Source: an uncultured cyanobacterium
GTDB taxonomy: Bacteria; Cyanobacteriota; Cyanobacteriia; Leptolyngbyales; Leptolyngbyaceae
Length of the DNA: 29,577 bases
Reading direction: 5' to 3'
NCBI GenBank assembly: GCA_963766075.1
Contig: CAVYAN010000066.1
Coordinates: 1 to 29,577, forward strand
Positions 28,247 through 29,577 of this stretch are shown here, piece by piece. Position 1 is the stretch's first letter. Each line of letters begins with the position of its first letter. The position numbers were made by a program, and so were the translations under genes. The notes under the pieces were generated by a model, which saw only the letters and a program-made list of their open reading frames with translations, was not told the DNA's origin and searched no databases.

Positions 28247-29577
28247 GTCATCGTGATCTGTTTGCCAGCGAGGCGATCGCCCAAATCCCCAAGATTTTGA
28301 CGTTGATGGATCGCAACGTCCATAGCCCGACCTATGGCTGCTGCGATCGCAATTTTTGGCAATACAAAATTATTGATTTTCCCAGTGGCATGGCCCAGGA
28401 GTTTGTGCTGCCCTTGGCCTTGGCCTACGGTACGGCGACCGCCGGGAATCCGTTTTACCAACAGGCCGTAGTGCGGGATTGGGTCGAGGCCGGGATTGTC
28501 TACGCGGCCCGCAGTGCCCATCCCGACGGCTCCTGTGATGACTATTTCCCCTTCGAGCGGGCGGGCGGGGCGGCGGCCTTTTCCCTATTGGCCTGTATTG
28601 ACAGCTATCGACTGTTGGGACTGAAAAATGAGGAAGTGCTGCGGTTTTTTGTGCAGCGGGCCGATTGGCTGGCCCACCACAATGAAAGTGGCCAGTTGAC
28701 CAACCACCAGGCACTGATTGTCCTATGTCTAGAATTGCTGGGGCACCTCCTAGGATCGGCCCGCTGGGATCGCCCTCGGGTCCAGCGATTGGAACGAGTG
28801 CTGAGCTGGCAGAACCCGGAGGGTTGGTTCCAAGAGTATGAGGGGTGTGATCCGGGCTATCACACCTTGACGATTTCCTGCTTGGCCCGGATTGAGCAAT
28901 TGCGGCCCGATCCCCGCATCCGTGAGGCGTTAGTCAAGGCCGTGGCGTTGGCGGCGGAGTTTATCCATCCCGATGGCTCCTACGGCGGAGAATATGCCAG
29001 CCGCAATACCTATAACTTTTTCCCTCACGGGTTTGAACTGGTGGGGCAATGGCTCCCGGCGGCCCTGGGAATTAATGATCAGTTTTTGGTGGGGATCGCG
29101 AAGGGCTTGGGGCCTTGCTATGCCGACGATCACATTATTGGCCACCACACCTGGAATTATTTACTAGCGTGGCGAGATTTTGTCCCCCAGCGCCCACCGC
29201 TGCCGCCACGGCCAACGGGCCGCGTCTGGCTGCCGAATGCGCAGTTGCTGATCGATCGCCGCGACACCACCCAACTCTACCTCGCCTTAAACAAGGGCGG
29301 CGTATTTAAATGCTTTCGAGATGGCAAATTAATCGCTTCCGACACCCAGTTTTCCGTACAGATGCCCCAGGCGGGGGGATGGAAAAAGGAACCTTGAAAA
29401 CGGCAGTAGCCCACTTGGTCGGCCAGTACGAGAGGCAGCTCGGGGCGGATGCGATCTCCATTTCTGGTGACCTCGGCTGGGCCAAACAAACCCAAATGAC
29501 ACCACTGAATCTGATGATCCTGCGCATCGTCATGCTCACCGTCGGGCGATTTTTCCCCGACCTGATTCGCAAGCTGT
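28243..29577 (+). CDS. Hypothetical protein (helical repeat, possibly alpha/alpha-toroid), 3'-partial, frameshift at ~29373-29388
   Basis: ATGA overlap with the GT2 stop. Repeated HPDGS/NPEGW motifs. After the stop at 29397 another frame continues open to the window end (TLKTAVAHLVG...LIRKL). Confidence 0.75.

Noticed and set aside
29373..29397. Programmed frameshift in the last gene
   Set aside because: A missing base in a G6 or A5 run is simpler, given similar breaks elsewhere in the window.

Overview
Cyanobacterial chromosomal window: the HIP1 octamer GCGATCGC is abundant and the gene families are typically cyanobacterial. Left ~8 kb is accessory/defence-like. It starts with the 3' part of a large, multiply frameshifted TPR-like/nSTAND1-type NTPase/TM/coiled-coil/WD40 gene. 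Next is a dense array of small toxin-antitoxin and nuclease cassettes: YefM-YoeB, a hypothetical gene plus GIY-YIG, a truncated antitoxin-like gene, an Rpn/DUF2887-DUF4351 gene, and DUF2281-VapC. The spacers between these cassettes are built from a few reusable DNA modules whose similarity mostly begins and ends at HIP1 sites, including a 65-bp hairpin with compensatory changes. This HIP1-delimited cassette array is the best candidate for an undescribed system. The remainder is housekeeping: transglutaminase-like, Uma2, lptC, NYN/LabA, metG, DUF1815, MnmC-type methyltransferase, CCB2/CCB4, DacB, ComB, a PRK paralog, tRNA-Ser(UGA), CPBP protease, TPR protein, an M16 peptidase pair, GT2 and a partial downstream gene. 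Short tandem duplications are common, often spanning start or stop codons. Several frameshifts lie in homopolymers, so sequencing error is a real alternative to pseudogenisation. Family assignments are from motif recognition only; no searches were run.
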